Origin: a bacterium | GTDB lineage: Bacteria; BMS3Abin14 | Assembly (NCBI GenBank): GCA_020350725.1 | Contig: CP070719.1 | Span: forward strand, 1,515,404-1,579,403 | Reading direction: 5' to 3' | Length of the DNA stretch: 64,000 bases | In this document: positions 41,058 through 51,730 of the stretch, piece by piece | Layout of the letters: the number at the start of each line of letters is the position of its first letter | How positions within the stretch are numbered: the stretch's first letter is position 1 | Program-made: the position numbers and the translations under genes | Notes under the pieces: model-generated | The model's database searches: none | The model's input: only the letters and a program-made list of their open reading frames with translations | What the model was told of the DNA's origin: nothing

Positions 41058-42389
41058 GTGCCTCTGGTCGCCATCGTCGGACGCCCCAATGTGGGCAAGT
41101 CCACCCTTTTCAACAGGATCCTCGGGCGCAGAAAAGCCATCGTGGACGACGTCTCAGGCGTGACGAGGGACCGCATTTACGGGACGGCATCGTGGGGGGG
41201 TAAGGATTTTACCCTCGTGGATACCGGAGGCCTCGATCCGGATGCCGACTCAGGCATCTTCTCCCTCATCCGGCGGCAGGCGGTTGTCGCCATCGACGAG
41301 GCCGATGTCATCATCTTTGTCCTCGACGTGCGATCCGGTCTGACGCCATCGGACATTGAGGTCGCGTCGATCCTGAGAAAGACCGACAAACCCGTTATCG
41401 TCGCCGCCAACAAGGCCGAGGGAAGCAGCCGGGAACATGAGTCGGCCGAGTTCTACAGTCTCGGTATGAGCAGGGTGTATCCCGTGTCGGCCCTTCACGG
41501 GAACGGTGTAGGTGATATGCTCGACGATCTGACAGCGGTCCTTCCGGAAAGAGATCAGATGGTCGACGCCGCGCACGATGTGGCCATTGCCGTCATAGGG
41601 CGTCCCAATACGGGTAAATCCACCCTGATCAACCGTATCCTCGGTGAGGAACGACTGCTGGTCTCCGAGACACCGGGTACCACCCAGGACAGTGTGGACA
41701 CGCTCGTCGAGAGAAACGCCAGACGATACCTTCTGATCGACACAGCGGGAGTGCGGAGAAGGAGCAGGATCAACCGCAACCTCGAACGCTACTCGGTCAT
41801 GAGATCCATAGCATCCATTGAAAGATGCGACGTGTGCGTCCTGCTGCTCGACAGTGTGGAGGGGCTCGTCGAACAGGATGTCAGATTGGCGGGTCTGGTG
41901 GAGGATCGGGGAAAAGGGCTCATCGTCGCCCTGAACAAATGGGATCTCATGGAGAAGGACCATCAGACATTCGACGGGATGTGCCGCGACATCAGGCAGG
42001 ACCTCTTCTTCTTCTCACACGCCCCCATCCTGTCCCTGTCGGGGCTGACCGGGCTCAGGGTGGGCCGGATCTTCGACGCCGTCGAGTCGGTCCACCAGGA
42101 GGCCGGGAAAAAGGTGTCCACGAGGGTGCTGAACGATCTCATCGAGGAGGCCGCCCAACGGTATCAGCCCCACGTTGTCAGGGGAAGAAGGGTGCGTTTC
42201 TATTACGCAACCCAGACGGGGACGCACCCCCCGACCTTCCTGATATTCACAAACAGGCCCAGGGAAATCCGTGAAAACTACACCAAATACCTGGAGAGGA
42301 GACTGCGCGAGGAGCTCGGTTTCCAGGGATCTCCCATAAGGCTGAAGTTCAGGCGGGGACGGGAGGATGGGGGCAGGGATAAAAGATAG
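41058..42389 (+). CDS. der: Ribosome biogenesis GTPase Der (EngA)
   Basis: Two G domains: GRPNVGKS and GRPNTGKS, DTGG/DTAG, NKAE/NKWD. Confidence 0.97.
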   Translation: MPLVAIVGRPNVGKSTLFNRILGRRKAIVDDVSGVTRDRIYGTASWGGKDFTLVDTGGLDPDADSGIFSLIRRQAVVAIDEADVIIFVLDVRSGLTPSDIEVASILRKTDKPVIVAANKAEGSSREHESAEFYSLGMSRVYPVSALHGNGVGDMLDDLTAVLPERDQMVDAAHDVAIAVIGRPNTGKSTLINRILGEERLLVSETPGTTQDSVDTLVERNARRYLLIDTAGVRRRSRINRNLERYSVMRSIASIERCDVCVLLLDSVEGLVEQDVRLAGLVEDRGKGLIVALNKWDLMEKDHQTFDGMCRDIRQDLFFFSHAPILSLSGLTGLRVGRIFDAVESVHQEAGKKVSTRVLNDLIEEAAQRYQPHVVRGRRVRFYYATQTGTHPPTFLIFTNRPREIRENYTKYLERRLREELGFQGSPIRLKFRRGREDGGRDKR

Positions 42390-42564
42390 GGGTCAGGATT
42401 CAGGATCCAGTAGTCAGAGTAAGATAACGACGCTGGACGGGCAAGGGGCCACTGAAATCTCAAGACGAATGTTCAGGAAAGCAAGGGTAATGGATAACAT
42501 GCGTTGTCGGCGGAGAGTATGGCCTGACTGCCTTGTTTTTTCCGTCTTCTGACTCCTGTTTCCG

Positions 42565-43041
42565 ATGAGAGCCTATCTCGATATCGAGACAACCTACGAA
42601 GGTGACATCAGCGTGGTGGGGATCCACCGTCCCGGCCGGCCCCTGATCCAGCTGGTGGGTGGCGAGATCACGGACGTCAACCTTGAGAAGGTCATGGAGG
42701 GGATCGATGTCCTGGTCACCTTCAACGGATCGCGCTTCGACCTTCCCGTCATCAGGAAGACTGCTGGCATCGACCTCACCGACCTGGCAAGGCACAGGGA
42801 TCTCCTGACGGTGTGCCGGAGACGGGGGATCAAGGGAGGGCTCAAGAGGATCGAGGTCCTTTTCGGGATTCCAAGGCTGTCTGAGATGATCGACGGCGCC
42901 ATGGCTCCTTACCTCTGGCAGCGCTACCAGGAGATGGGGGACGAGGAAGCCCTCGAGGAGCTGCTGGCCTACAACCGGGAGGACGTCGTGAATCTGGAGA
43001 TCCTGGAGATGGCACTGGACGCTCTGGAGCCGCTTGAATAA
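42565..43041 (+). CDS. RNase H-like (YprB-type) 3'-5' exonuclease domain protein
   Basis: LDIET, TFNGSRFDLP, GGLKRIE, YNREDV. Confidence 0.82.
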   Translation: MRAYLDIETTYEGDISVVGIHRPGRPLIQLVGGEITDVNLEKVMEGIDVLVTFNGSRFDLPVIRKTAGIDLTDLARHRDLLTVCRRRGIKGGLKRIEVLFGIPRLSEMIDGAMAPYLWQRYQEMGDEEALEELLAYNREDVVNLEILEMALDALEPLE

Positions 43042-43182
43042 GAGGGTGGAATTTGAACAGGGAGTAAAGGGGAACGCCCAGGATCGAGGTCATTACTCCT
43101 CCGCCCTTGACGTTTGTGCAAAGTTGGCCAATATTACCATTTGTTCTTCTCGATTGAAGATCAAGAAGAGGGGAGGGATACC

Positions 43183-44244
43183 GTGAACATCCTGGAGATT
43201 TTTAGGATCAAGGTCCTGGGCAACGAGGTCTTCCAATGGCTCCTTGCCGCGGCCATTCTCTGTGCCGTCTATATCGGACTGGTCGTTATCAGGAACTATG
43301 CGGGAAGGCGGCTGAGGAAGATGTCGGAGGCGACGGAATCTAACCTCGACGATTTCATCACCGATCTCATTCGGCATAGGACCAAACGGGTCCTGATATT
43401 CCTGTTTGCCGTGTATGCAGCGTCCCAGGTGCTGATCCTGCCCTCGAGGATCGCAAACTCTATCTCCGGAGCAGCCGTTCTCGCTCTCGCGCTTCAGGTC
43501 GGGCTGTGGGGCAACGGCATCGTCAGCTATCTGGTTTCGCGCAGGGCTTCCAGGGATGGCGACGAGGCGCTGAACCTGGAGGCCTATTCCGTCATCACCT
43601 GGATGGCCAAGGCCGGTCTGTGGGTTTTCGTCATTCTCCTGGCTCTGAACAACCTGGGGATCAAGGTCACCGCCCTCGTAGCCGGCCTGGGGATCAGCGG
43701 CATCGCGGTGGCCCTCGCTGTCCAGAATATCCTGGGGGATCTGTTCGCCTCCCTGTCCATAGTCCTGGACAGGCCATTCGTTATCGGGGATTTCATCATC
43801 GTCGGGGACCAGATGGGGTCGGTCGAACACGTGGGCCTGAAGACCACCAGGGTGAGGTCGATATCGGGTGAGCAGATCGTTTTCTCCAACACCGACCTCC
43901 TCAACAGCCGGGTCAAGAATTACCGGCGCATGGAGGAACGGAGGATCGTTTTCACCATCGGCGTGACCTATCAGACACCAAAAGACAGGCTGGAGGCCAT
44001 CCCGCGGTGGATACAGGAGATTATCGAGGGACAGGAACAGGTCCGGTTCGATCGTTCCCACTTCACGGACTACGGCGATTTCTCCCTTAATTTCGAGACG
44101 GTCTACTTTGTCACCGATCGGGATTTCAAGCTTTACAGGGATATCCAGCAGGCCATCAACCTGGCACTGTACCGGAAATTCGAGGAGGAAGGGGTGGAGT
44201 TCGCCTACCCCACCCAGACACTGTTCCTGGAAAAATCGGACTAG
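43183..44244 (+). CDS. mscS: Small-conductance mechanosensitive channel family protein
   Basis: AGLGISGIAVALA, DRPF.IGD, G.VE..GLKTT, FAYPTQT; GGAGG RBS before GTG 43183. Confidence 0.88.
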   Translation: MNILEIFRIKVLGNEVFQWLLAAAILCAVYIGLVVIRNYAGRRLRKMSEATESNLDDFITDLIRHRTKRVLIFLFAVYAASQVLILPSRIANSISGAAVLALALQVGLWGNGIVSYLVSRRASRDGDEALNLEAYSVITWMAKAGLWVFVILLALNNLGIKVTALVAGLGISGIAVALAVQNILGDLFASLSIVLDRPFVIGDFIIVGDQMGSVEHVGLKTTRVRSISGEQIVFSNTDLLNSRVKNYRRMEERRIVFTIGVTYQTPKDRLEAIPRWIQEIIEGQEQVRFDRSHFTDYGDFSLNFETVYFVTDRDFKLYRDIQQAINLALYRKFEEEGVEFAYPTQTLFLEKSD

Positions 44245-44437
44245 TTGAATCACAGGGGACATGGGACAGACCAGGAGGCAAACTTCCCGGCAGGATCATG
44301 CCCGTCCCTCTGAGGTGTAAGCCGGCCCAGATACTGTGGGGATGCACTTGAGTGATTGCCGGTAGCCGCTTCCCCTGTGACCCCGGCGTCCCCCATGGTC
44401 GATCCTGGCCCACTGCAACGAGAACCTGGACTTCCCA

Positions 44438-44989
44438 TTGAAATTCATCAGCCGCCGCCACCATTCGATCCGTTCAGACAGGCGGGATTTTTGCCTCCCC
44501 GAAATGATCCACCTGCCGGCCCTCGAAGAGAGCTGGACGGTGCAATACCGTGACAACGGCAGCGCGGCCGCGCAGGCACGGGTTCCCCGGCAAGGGATTG
44601 TGGTGGTCAGCGGCCAGATCCGAAACGCTGAAAAGGTTCGGGAAGCCCTCAGGCGCTGGCTGGTCCGCCAGGCCAGATCCTCGCTGGTGCCGTGGCTGAA
44701 AGAGCTGAGCGAGGATGCGGGGCTGTCTTTCGGAAGGGTGGCCATCAGGGGCCAGCGGACGCGGTGGGGCAGCTGTTCAGCCCGGGGGAACATCAACCTG
44801 AACTACAAACTTCTCTTCCTTACTCCCGATCTGGTCCGATACATCCTGCATCATGAACTGTGTCACACCGTCCACCTGGACCACTCCCGGCTGTTCTGGG
44901 AGCTCCTCGCATCCTTCGAGCCGGACTACAGGGTGTACAACAGGCAGGTCAAGAGGGGCATGGAGCATGTTCCCGGATGGGCCAAGTAG
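44438..44989 (+). CDS. YgjP/DUF45 (SprT-like) zinc metallohydrolase, short N-terminus
   Basis: QRTRWGSCS, HELCH, HSRLFW; start uncertain. Confidence 0.75.
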   Translation: MKFISRRHHSIRSDRRDFCLPEMIHLPALEESWTVQYRDNGSAAAQARVPRQGIVVVSGQIRNAEKVREALRRWLVRQARSSLVPWLKELSEDAGLSFGRVAIRGQRTRWGSCSARGNINLNYKLLFLTPDLVRYILHHELCHTVHLDHSRLFWELLASFEPDYRVYNRQVKRGMEHVPGWAK

Positions 44990-45014
44990 GGAGGAATAGA
45001 CACGGGGGAAAAGG

Positions 45015-45120
45015 AGTCCAGAGTCCAGAGGCCAGGGTCCAGAGGGGGCGGGGGGGGAGAGGGGGCCCTTCGACAGGCTCAGGGCAGGCGAAAAACAGAC
45101 GCGGAGACGCGGCGACAGGG
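45015..45120. repeat. Composite repeat: heptamers, REP-like half-site and octamers
   Basis: (a/g)gtccag-type unit x4; CCCTTCGACAGGCTCAGGGC at about 45066-45085; agacgcgg x2. Confidence 0.65.
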
Positions 45121-45176
45121 AGGATAGGTAAACGGGGAAAGAGGAGGGATATTACTTGGCACCCAGTCCTTTTCTC

Positions 45177-45749
45177 TTAGCCCTGCTTTTTTCTGCTGTA
45201 CCCATACGATCCCAGAGCATCGCCCAGGGCGCGATAGGTTCGATCCGGAGGGGAATAGGCGAGGGGATTGAGGATCTCGAAGCGGATATTGCCTTCCTCG
45301 TCGAAGGCGTCCTCGGCCACGTGGGTCGCCACCACCTCACCCAGGAACATATCGTGCACACCGAGGGGGACGATCTCGGCGACCCTGCACTCCATGGAGA
45401 CAGTGCATTCGTCGACAAGGGGCGGCGAGACCACTTCGGCCTGGACCGGGGTGAGGCCGGCCTCGAAGAACTTGTCCCTGCTCTTGCCCGAGACAATGCC
45501 GCACAGGTCGACCTTCTTGACGATCTCCACCGGCGGGATATTGACGACAAATTCGCCTGTATCCTTGATGATGCTGTAGGAGTAGCGGGACGGTCGGATG
45601 CTTATGCTCACCATCGGTGGATCTGAGCAGATGACCCCTGCCCAGGCGATGGTGATGATGTTGGGCCTTCCCCCCCTGTCCTGGCAGGTGACCAGCGCGA
45701 CCGGCGCGGGAACGAGAAAAGTGTTTGGTTTGATCGAGCGCTTTTTCAT
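45177..45749 (-). CDS. Flavin reductase-like (flavoredoxin family) protein
   Basis: PNIITIAW, GEFVVNIP, CG..SG…DKF, ECRV, HDMFLGEV. Confidence 0.87.
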   Translation of the reverse strand: MKKRSIKPNTFLVPAPVALVTCQDRGGRPNIITIAWAGVICSDPPMVSISIRPSRYSYSIIKDTGEFVVNIPPVEIVKKVDLCGIVSGKSRDKFFEAGLTPVQAEVVSPPLVDECTVSMECRVAEIVPLGVHDMFLGEVVATHVAEDAFDEEGNIRFEILNPLAYSPPDRTYRALGDALGSYGYSRKKQG

Positions 45750-45813
45750 AGGGGATCCTTCTCTACAGCGCCTTGGTCTCAGCACTTAGCAGTTAGTCCT
45801 TAGTCCTTCTTCT

Positions 45814-46545
45814 CTATATTATCTGTGCCAGAAATGCTCTTGTTCTGTCATGGTCCGGGCTGTCGAACATCCTCTCCGGCGTGCCGACCTCGATGATGCG
45901 TCCTTCATCCATGAAAACAACCCTGTCGCAGACCTCCCTGGCAAAGCCCATCTCATGCGTGACACAGCACATAGTCATCCCCTCGCGGGCAAGGGTCTTC
46001 ATGACATCGAGGACCTCGCCGATCATCTCCGGATCCAGGGCGGAGGTCGGTTCGTCGAACAGCATGATCTTCGGTTGCATGGCCAGGGCTCGAGCGATGG
46101 CCACCCGCTGCTGCTGGCCGCCGGAAAGCTGTGAGGGGAAGGAGTTGGCCTTCTCGGGTATCCCCACTTTCTCCAGGAGCTGCATGGCGATCCCCTCGCT
46201 CTGGTCCCTGGACCGCCTGCGCACCTTGATCGGGGCGATGGTCACGTTGCCCAGGACGGTCATGTGGGGAAAGAGGTTGAAGCTCTGAAAGACCATGCCC
46301 ACCTCGGCACGCACCGCGTTGATGTTCGTCCTCGAGTCCGTCAGGGGGATGCCGTCGATGAAGATCTCGCCCCTGTCGATGGTCTCGAGATGGTTCAGGC
46401 AGCGCAACAGGGTGCTCTTCCCTGAGCCGGACGGCCCGATGATGGTGACCACCTCGCCCTTGTCCACCTGCATGGTGACGTCCACGAGGGCTTCCACCCT
46501 GTGACGGGAGTAGAAGGTCTTGTAGACGTTTCTGACGTCAATCAC
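45814..46545 (-). CDS. Polar amino acid ABC ATP-binding protein (GlnQ family)
   Basis: [36 protein letters not shown]. Confidence 0.92.
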   Translation of the reverse strand: MIDVRNVYKTFYSRHRVEALVDVTMQVDKGEVVTIIGPSGSGKSTLLRCLNHLETIDRGEIFIDGIPLTDSRTNINAVRAEVGMVFQSFNLFPHMTVLGNVTIAPIKVRRRSRDQSEGIAMQLLEKVGIPEKANSFPSQLSGGQQQRVAIARALAMQPKIMLFDEPTSALDPEMIGEVLDVMKTLAREGMTMCCVTHEMGFAREVCDRVVFMDEGRIIEVGTPERMFDSPDHDRTRAFLAQII

Positions 46546-47521
46546 TGACCGCAAACCTCCTCTCCATAAACTGAACGATCATGGAGAGGCTGAAGGTGAG
46601 GATAAGGTACAGAGCGGCCACCGTGAAGAAGACCTCGAAATAATTGAACGTCGAGGTGCCGATCTCCCTGCCCGCCCTGGTCAGCTCCACGAGGGCGATG
46701 ACGCCGACCAGCGAGGAATCCTTGATCAGGGAGATAAACTGCCCGGCGAGGGGAGGGAGGATCCTCTTGAAGGCCTGGGGCAGGATGATGTAACGCATGG
46801 ACAGGTAGTAATTCATGCCCAGGGACCGGGCCGCCTCAGACTGGCCCCGGTGGATCGACTGGATGCCGGCTCGAATGATCTCGGCGACGTAGGCTCCGGC
46901 GAAGACGGACAGAGCCAGGACACCGGCCATGAAATTGGAGAGTTTGAAGACCTGTCCGACGAAGAAATAGAAGATGTAGATCTGAACCAGAAGGGGTGTA
47001 CCGCGGATCAGCTCTATGTAGCCGATGGCCAGCCACTTGGGCGCCGGGCTGCCGGACAGCCGGGCAAGGCCCGTGAACAGCCCGATGATGATCCCCAGAA
47101 TAATGGCGAGAACGGAGATCTCAAGGGTGAGGATCAGGCCCTTGAGGAGGAGGCCGGCCTTCCATCGCTCCCACTGGGCGAGGACCTGTCCCGATCGGAT
47201 CTCGTCCCCCACGGATACGGTGACCAGGTTCGAGGGAACCGTGTAATACTGCTCTTCGTCAAGGAAGTTGGCCGCCACGATGACCGTGTCGGAACCATCC
47301 CTGTCGAGGGCGATGACCGTTGCGTCCTCCTGGGCCTCGATCAGATCGCTGTCCTTGAAGAGGACGTAGCGGGGTATCTGTTCCCACCGCCATATGTATT
47401 CCACCTTTTTTGTCGTGTGGAAGGTGCCGGCCACGAGGCCGATCAGGATAAGGGCCAGTGCGATCCAGGACAGAGTGCTGCGGAAACGGGGATTGTGCAC
47501 GAGGTCCTTTACGGTTTCCAA
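46538..47521 (-). CDS. Polar amino acid ABC permease with extracytoplasmic insertion
   Basis: [32 protein letters not shown]. Confidence 0.9.
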   Translation of the reverse strand: METVKDLVHNPRFRSTLSWIALALILIGLVAGTFHTTKKVEYIWRWEQIPRYVLFKDSDLIEAQEDATVIALDRDGSDTVIVAANFLDEEQYYTVPSNLVTVSVGDEIRSGQVLAQWERWKAGLLLKGLILTLEISVLAIILGIIIGLFTGLARLSGSPAPKWLAIGYIELIRGTPLLVQIYIFYFFVGQVFKLSNFMAGVLALSVFAGAYVAEIIRAGIQSIHRGQSEAARSLGMNYYLSMRYIILPQAFKRILPPLAGQFISLIKDSSLVGVIALVELTRAGREIGTSTFNYFEVFFTVAALYLILTFSLSMIVQFMERRFAVSD

Positions 47522-47605
47522 GAAAATCCCTCCGGACTCGGGTTGCCAATAAGGTTCGGGGGGCTCCTCTGCCCCCCGTTACCGATGACCGATCGACCGA
47601 CTGAG

Positions 47606-48418
47606 TTACTGGACGTCCTTGATCCAATCGTTGCCGGTGATCCACTTGCTGTAGACCTTGTCGTAGCGTCCGTCGCCCTTTATCTGAGCCAGGAAGTTGT
47701 TGAGCCAGTTGAGAAAATCCGGGTCTCCCTGCTTGATGGCCCACCCCAGGGGTTCGAAGGTGAAGGGTTCATCGAGAAAGACGAGCTTTCCGGCGCCCTT
47801 CTGGGCAAAGAAGACGGCACAGTACGGCAGGTCGTAGACGAAGGCGTCGGCCTTGCCGTTGATCACCTCGAGGGCGGCCTCGGGTTCGGTCTCGAAGCTC
47901 TTGTACTTGGCTCTGGGGATGAGGCTCTTGACCGCCTGCTCGCCGGTGGTGCCCAGCTTGGAGGTCACGGTGTATTTCGGATCGTTAAGGTCCTTGTAGG
48001 TCTTGATATAGCCAGTGAGGTCCTTGTTGATGAGGATGGTCTGACCGACGATGATGTAGGGATCGGCAAAATTGACCTTCAGGTTCCTTGCCTGGGTGAC
48101 CGTCATACCGCTCATGATGATGTCGAACTTGTCCGTGAGCAGGGAGCCGATGATGCCGTCCCAGGCCGTGGGGATCAGTTCCAGTTCGACGCCCATCTCC
48201 TTGGCCATGACCTTGGCCATGTCCACGTCGAAACCGACGATCCTGCTCTGCTTGTCCTGCATCTCAAAGGGCATGTAACCCGGCTCCATGCCGACCCGGA
48301 GCTTACCGGCCTTGAGGATGGACTGCAGGGTTGATTTTGCTGCCAGATCGGTGTCTGCGGCCATGACGGGACAGGCCATTGCCACAACCAGGACAAAAAC
48401 AAGAACGGCTCGCTTCAT
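47606..48418 (-). CDS. Polar amino acid ABC substrate-binding protein (family 3)
   Basis: Signal peptide; YMPFE, GFDVD, WDGII..L, SGMT.T..R. Confidence 0.92.
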   Translation of the reverse strand: MKRAVLVFVLVVAMACPVMAADTDLAAKSTLQSILKAGKLRVGMEPGYMPFEMQDKQSRIVGFDVDMAKVMAKEMGVELELIPTAWDGIIGSLLTDKFDIIMSGMTVTQARNLKVNFADPYIIVGQTILINKDLTGYIKTYKDLNDPKYTVTSKLGTTGEQAVKSLIPRAKYKSFETEPEAALEVINGKADAFVYDLPYCAVFFAQKGAGKLVFLDEPFTFEPLGWAIKQGDPDFLNWLNNFLAQIKGDGRYDKVYSKWITGNDWIKDVQ

Positions 48419-48462
48419 AACTCCTCCTTTCAGGATCGAATAACCCTACCTGTGGTTGGATC

Positions 48463-48615
48463 TCAATAGGACTTTCCCTCGTCCAGAAGCTCACAGATCA
48501 TCATTTCCACGTCGCACTCGGGACAGCGGGGAATCTCCTCCTTTGGGATGTAGACGATCTCTGTGTGGTCACACAGCGGGCACTTGACCTGTATGGCTTC
48601 CACTTTGTCCCGCAC
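48463..48615 (-). CDS. 50-aa zinc-ribbon/rubredoxin-like protein (absent from the ORF track)
   Basis: MRDKVEAIQVKCPLCDHTEIVYIPKEEIPRCPECDVEMMICELLDEGKSY; two CPxC motifs, AGGGGG RBS, TTGACA-17-TTATAT upstream on the minus strand. Confidence 0.75.
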   Translation of the reverse strand: MRDKVEAIQVKCPLCDHTEIVYIPKEEIPRCPECDVEMMICELLDEGKSY

Positions 48616-48898
48616 GGCACCCCCCTTTGAGGAACTCTACATATAACACCTGCGTTTTTTTCGTGTCAATGACGATAGGTCTGGAAAAAGGCAGAATAGA
48701 GAATGAAAACCATCATATATTCGGGAATAGGAAAGAGCGGGAAAAAGGTAGAGAGGCCAGCAGGAAGAGGTTTGCGTAATGCATTATTCAGGATCCGGGA
48801 CAGTGTCTCATGCTGACTCCTGTCTGCGGAACAGCGTCATTGACAGTCCCCGGCGGCTGACCTAGAATGCATTGCCTGGATCTCATGGAGGGTAACCC

Positions 48899-49291
48899 TT
48901 GGATTTTCTCACGCCTGTTTTGGGGACGCTCACGGGTATCGAGGCGGCCCACTGGAAAGATATCCTCATTTTCACGGCGAAGGTCATCCTCTTCTGTGTG
49001 CCCTTCGTCGCTGTGGGTTTCCTTCTGGAGCGCGACATGATCCGGCTCCCCGCAGTGTCCAAGATACTGAAAATCGGCATCCTGACAACCTTCGCTGCAC
49101 CTGTCTTTCTCTACGGACTTCTCAACCTGATGGCACCCGGTCTGCCGGACTCCTTCTGGGAAAGCTATCCCCTGCTGGAGTCCATGTGGATCATGGAAGG
49201 AAGATGGCCTCCGATCATCCTCATGGGGATCGTTGTCCTCTTTGTCGTCCTCTATTGTGTTGAGATCGTTGAGGGAGATCTGACGAAATAA
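48899..49291 (+). CDS. Hypothetical membrane protein (about 3 TM)
   Basis: GGAGG RBS before TTG; three hydrophobic segments. Confidence 0.65.
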   Translation: MDFLTPVLGTLTGIEAAHWKDILIFTAKVILFCVPFVAVGFLLERDMIRLPAVSKILKIGILTTFAAPVFLYGLLNLMAPGLPDSFWESYPLLESMWIMEGRWPPIILMGIVVLFVVLYCVEIVEGDLTK

Positions 49292-49420
49292 CAATGATCA
49301 GATGCAGGAGTCCGGTGTCCGGAGGGGAAACCGGGGCAGGGACAGGGTGACTGAGAAGAGGGTGCCTCCCGAATCAGGGATCACTGGCTTTAACCGGTAA
49401 CGGTGAACGACTCTCATCTA

Positions 49421-49449
49421 TTGACAGATGGGGAAAATTGTTCTAATTA
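49421..49449 (+). promoter_or_regulatory. Putative sigma70 promoter for rplM-rpsI
   Basis: TTGACA-17 bp-TAATTA. Confidence 0.55.
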
Positions 49450-49506
49450 GGTCCGTTCGTCCTGTTGTTCCAAAATCTTTTGTTCTACACAGAGGTGTTC
49501 AAAAAG

Positions 49507-49935
49507 ATGAAGACCTATTCCGCCAAAAAGGGAGAAGTTCAGAGGAGGTGGGTTCTCGTCGACGCCGAGGGGCAGGTCCTCGGGCGTCTTGCCTCCCGAG
49601 TAGCAGGTGTGCTGAGGGGTAAGAACAGGCCGCAGTACACCCCCCACGTGGACACCGGCGACTTCGTCATCGTGGTCAACGCCGAGAAGATCCATCTCAC
49701 GGGCAACAAGGCCGAGGATAAGATATACTATCGGCACTCAGGCTATCCCGGAGGCATCAGGGCCATGACGGCTGCAGAGATGCTTCAGAAGAAACCCGAG
49801 CAGGTGATCAAGAAAGCCGTCAAGGGCATGCTGCCTAAAAACCGACTGGGACAGGCCATGCTGAGCAAGCTCAAGGTGTACGCTGGCCCGGACCATCCCC
49901 ATGAGGCGCAGCGGCCAGAAAAGATCTCTCTCTAA
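49507..49935 (+). CDS. rplM: 50S ribosomal protein L13
   Basis: [30 protein letters not shown]. Confidence 0.98.
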   Translation: MKTYSAKKGEVQRRWVLVDAEGQVLGRLASRVAGVLRGKNRPQYTPHVDTGDFVIVVNAEKIHLTGNKAEDKIYYRHSGYPGGIRAMTAAEMLQKKPEQVIKKAVKGMLPKNRLGQAMLSKLKVYAGPDHPHEAQRPEKISL

Positions 49936-49952
49936 GATCTCGAGGAACGGAT

Positions 49953-50345
49953 ATGACAGAGGCCACTTATTACGGGACCGGAAGAAGGAAGACCTCCATC
50001 GCAAGGGTGTGGATCACTCCCGGTGAAGGGAAGATCAGCATCAACAGGAAGGATGCTGACGAATACCTGGGGCGGGAGACCCTCAAGATGATCATCATGC
50101 AGCCCTTTGAGGTCACCGGCACCTCGGGACAGTTCGATGTCAGGGTCAATGTCAACGGGGGCGGGTCCAGCGGACAGGCCGGAGCGATCAAGCACGGCAT
50201 CAGCAGGGCTCTCCTGCGGGTCTCCGACGAGCACAGAAAACCACTCAAGAAGGCCGGCTACCTGACCAGAGACGCCCGGGAGGTCGAGCGCAAGAAGTAC
50301 GGCCAGAGGGGAGCCCGCGCCAGATTCCAGTTCTCAAAGCGTTGA
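49953..50345 (+). CDS. rpsI: 30S ribosomal protein S9
   Basis: GTGRRK, GGG.SGQAGA, ERKKYG…QFSKR. Confidence 0.98.
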   Translation: MTEATYYGTGRRKTSIARVWITPGEGKISINRKDADEYLGRETLKMIIMQPFEVTGTSGQFDVRVNVNGGGSSGQAGAIKHGISRALLRVSDEHRKPLKKAGYLTRDAREVERKKYGQRGARARFQFSKR

Positions 50346-50368
50346 TACCGGACCTGCTCGCTTATCGG

Positions 50369-50399
50369 AAGGGAAGGGCTTTGCCCTTCCCTTTTTTTT
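50369..50399 (+). terminator. Rho-independent terminator
   Basis: GGGAAGGGC-ttt-GCCCTTCCC followed by T8. Confidence 0.9.
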
Positions 50400-50606
50400 G
50401 GCCGGGTGAAGATCCGGGCATGGTATTCATTTTCCACTTTTCGGTTGTCAGGTTCGAATATCGAGGTCAGCACCGTCGGGCGATATCCCCTTTAATGATT
50501 CTGGATTGAGCACTTTCGCTCTGAATTCTCCCTGTCGCTAGAAGGCCGGTTTCGTGGTATCTAGAAGGAGAGGATTCGACGGGAACAATCTCCTGCGGAG
50601 GCAAAT

Positions 50607-51650
50607 ATGATCAGGGCTGGTATCGTAGGTGCCACAGGCTATACAGGGATGGAGCTGGTGCGGATCCTCCTGGAACACCCGGGGGTCCGGTTGACTTACG
50701 TTACCTCGCGGACTTGGAGCGGCAGACCGCTGGCAAACGCCCTGCCGGGCCTTACGGGCTGGTCGGATCTGCTTTGCAGGGAGTTCGACGCTACGGAGGC
50801 TGCGGGGGAAGTTGACATCATATTCCTCTGTTTACCCCACGGTGAGGCCATGGATACGGTTTTCCAGCTCCACAGTCTGAATGTCCGACAGGTGGACCTG
50901 TCGGCCGATTTCAGGATCGCCGATCCGAAGATCTTCGGAGAGTGGTACGGACCTCACAGGCACCCTCAGCTCCTCACAGAAGCTGTGAGCGGGTATCCAG
51001 AGCTCTACAGAGAGGACATCACGGGGGCCGTTCTCGTCGCCAATCCGGGCTGTTACCCCACAACAGCCGTTTACGGCCTTCTTCCCCTCGCGGAGGTCGA
51101 TCTCCTGGACCCCAGATCCATCGTTGTGGACAGTAAGTCGGGTGTCAGCGGGGCGGGGAAGGAGCCCCGCGGTCATCTTCACTTCCCTGAGGTCGAGGGT
51201 AACTTCTCGGCCTACGCCATAGCCGGGACACACCGCCACGTGTGCGAGATGGATCAGGAGCTGTCAAAAATCAGTGGAAAGTCGGTCCAGGTGACATTTA
51301 CACCTCACCTGGCGCCATTGAGTCGAGGAATTCTGAGTACGATCTACGCTCGAACCGTCTCACCCCTGAACGATGACGGCATCTTCGAGCTCTATCGGAA
51401 GCGATACGAGAAGGAGCCCTTCATACGGGTGAGATCACCGGATCAGCCGCTACCCACCCTGAAAGACGTGCGAGGCACCAACCTCTGCATCGTCGCTCCC
51501 AGGGTGGACAGGCGCAGCGGCATTACGGTCATCGTTTCGTGCATCGACAACCTCGTGAAAGGGGCCTCCGGACAGGCTGTGCAGAACATGAATATTATGT
51601 CGGGGCTGCCCGAGACAATGGGATTGGAGAGCCTGCCGCTGACCCCTTGA
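50607..51650 (+). CDS. argC: N-acetyl-gamma-glutamyl-phosphate reductase
   Basis: GATGYTG, DLSADFR, ANPGCYPT, SGVSGAG, DNLVKGASGQA. Confidence 0.96.
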   Translation: MIRAGIVGATGYTGMELVRILLEHPGVRLTYVTSRTWSGRPLANALPGLTGWSDLLCREFDATEAAGEVDIIFLCLPHGEAMDTVFQLHSLNVRQVDLSADFRIADPKIFGEWYGPHRHPQLLTEAVSGYPELYREDITGAVLVANPGCYPTTAVYGLLPLAEVDLLDPRSIVVDSKSGVSGAGKEPRGHLHFPEVEGNFSAYAIAGTHRHVCEMDQELSKISGKSVQVTFTPHLAPLSRGILSTIYARTVSPLNDDGIFELYRKRYEKEPFIRVRSPDQPLPTLKDVRGTNLCIVAPRVDRRSGITVIVSCIDNLVKGASGQAVQNMNIMSGLPETMGLESLPLTP

Positions 51651-51730
51651 AATAACGAAAAACCCAATTTTATTAGTATGTTACAGCTATGACAGGGTTG
51701 ACATGGTTTCCGGCAACATGGTAATAATGA

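Noticed and set aside
50495-50585. tmRNA-like words (GATTCTGGATT, GGATTCGACGGG)
   Set aside because: The fragments are disjoint and there is no room for a tag ORF or tRNA-like 3' end before argC.
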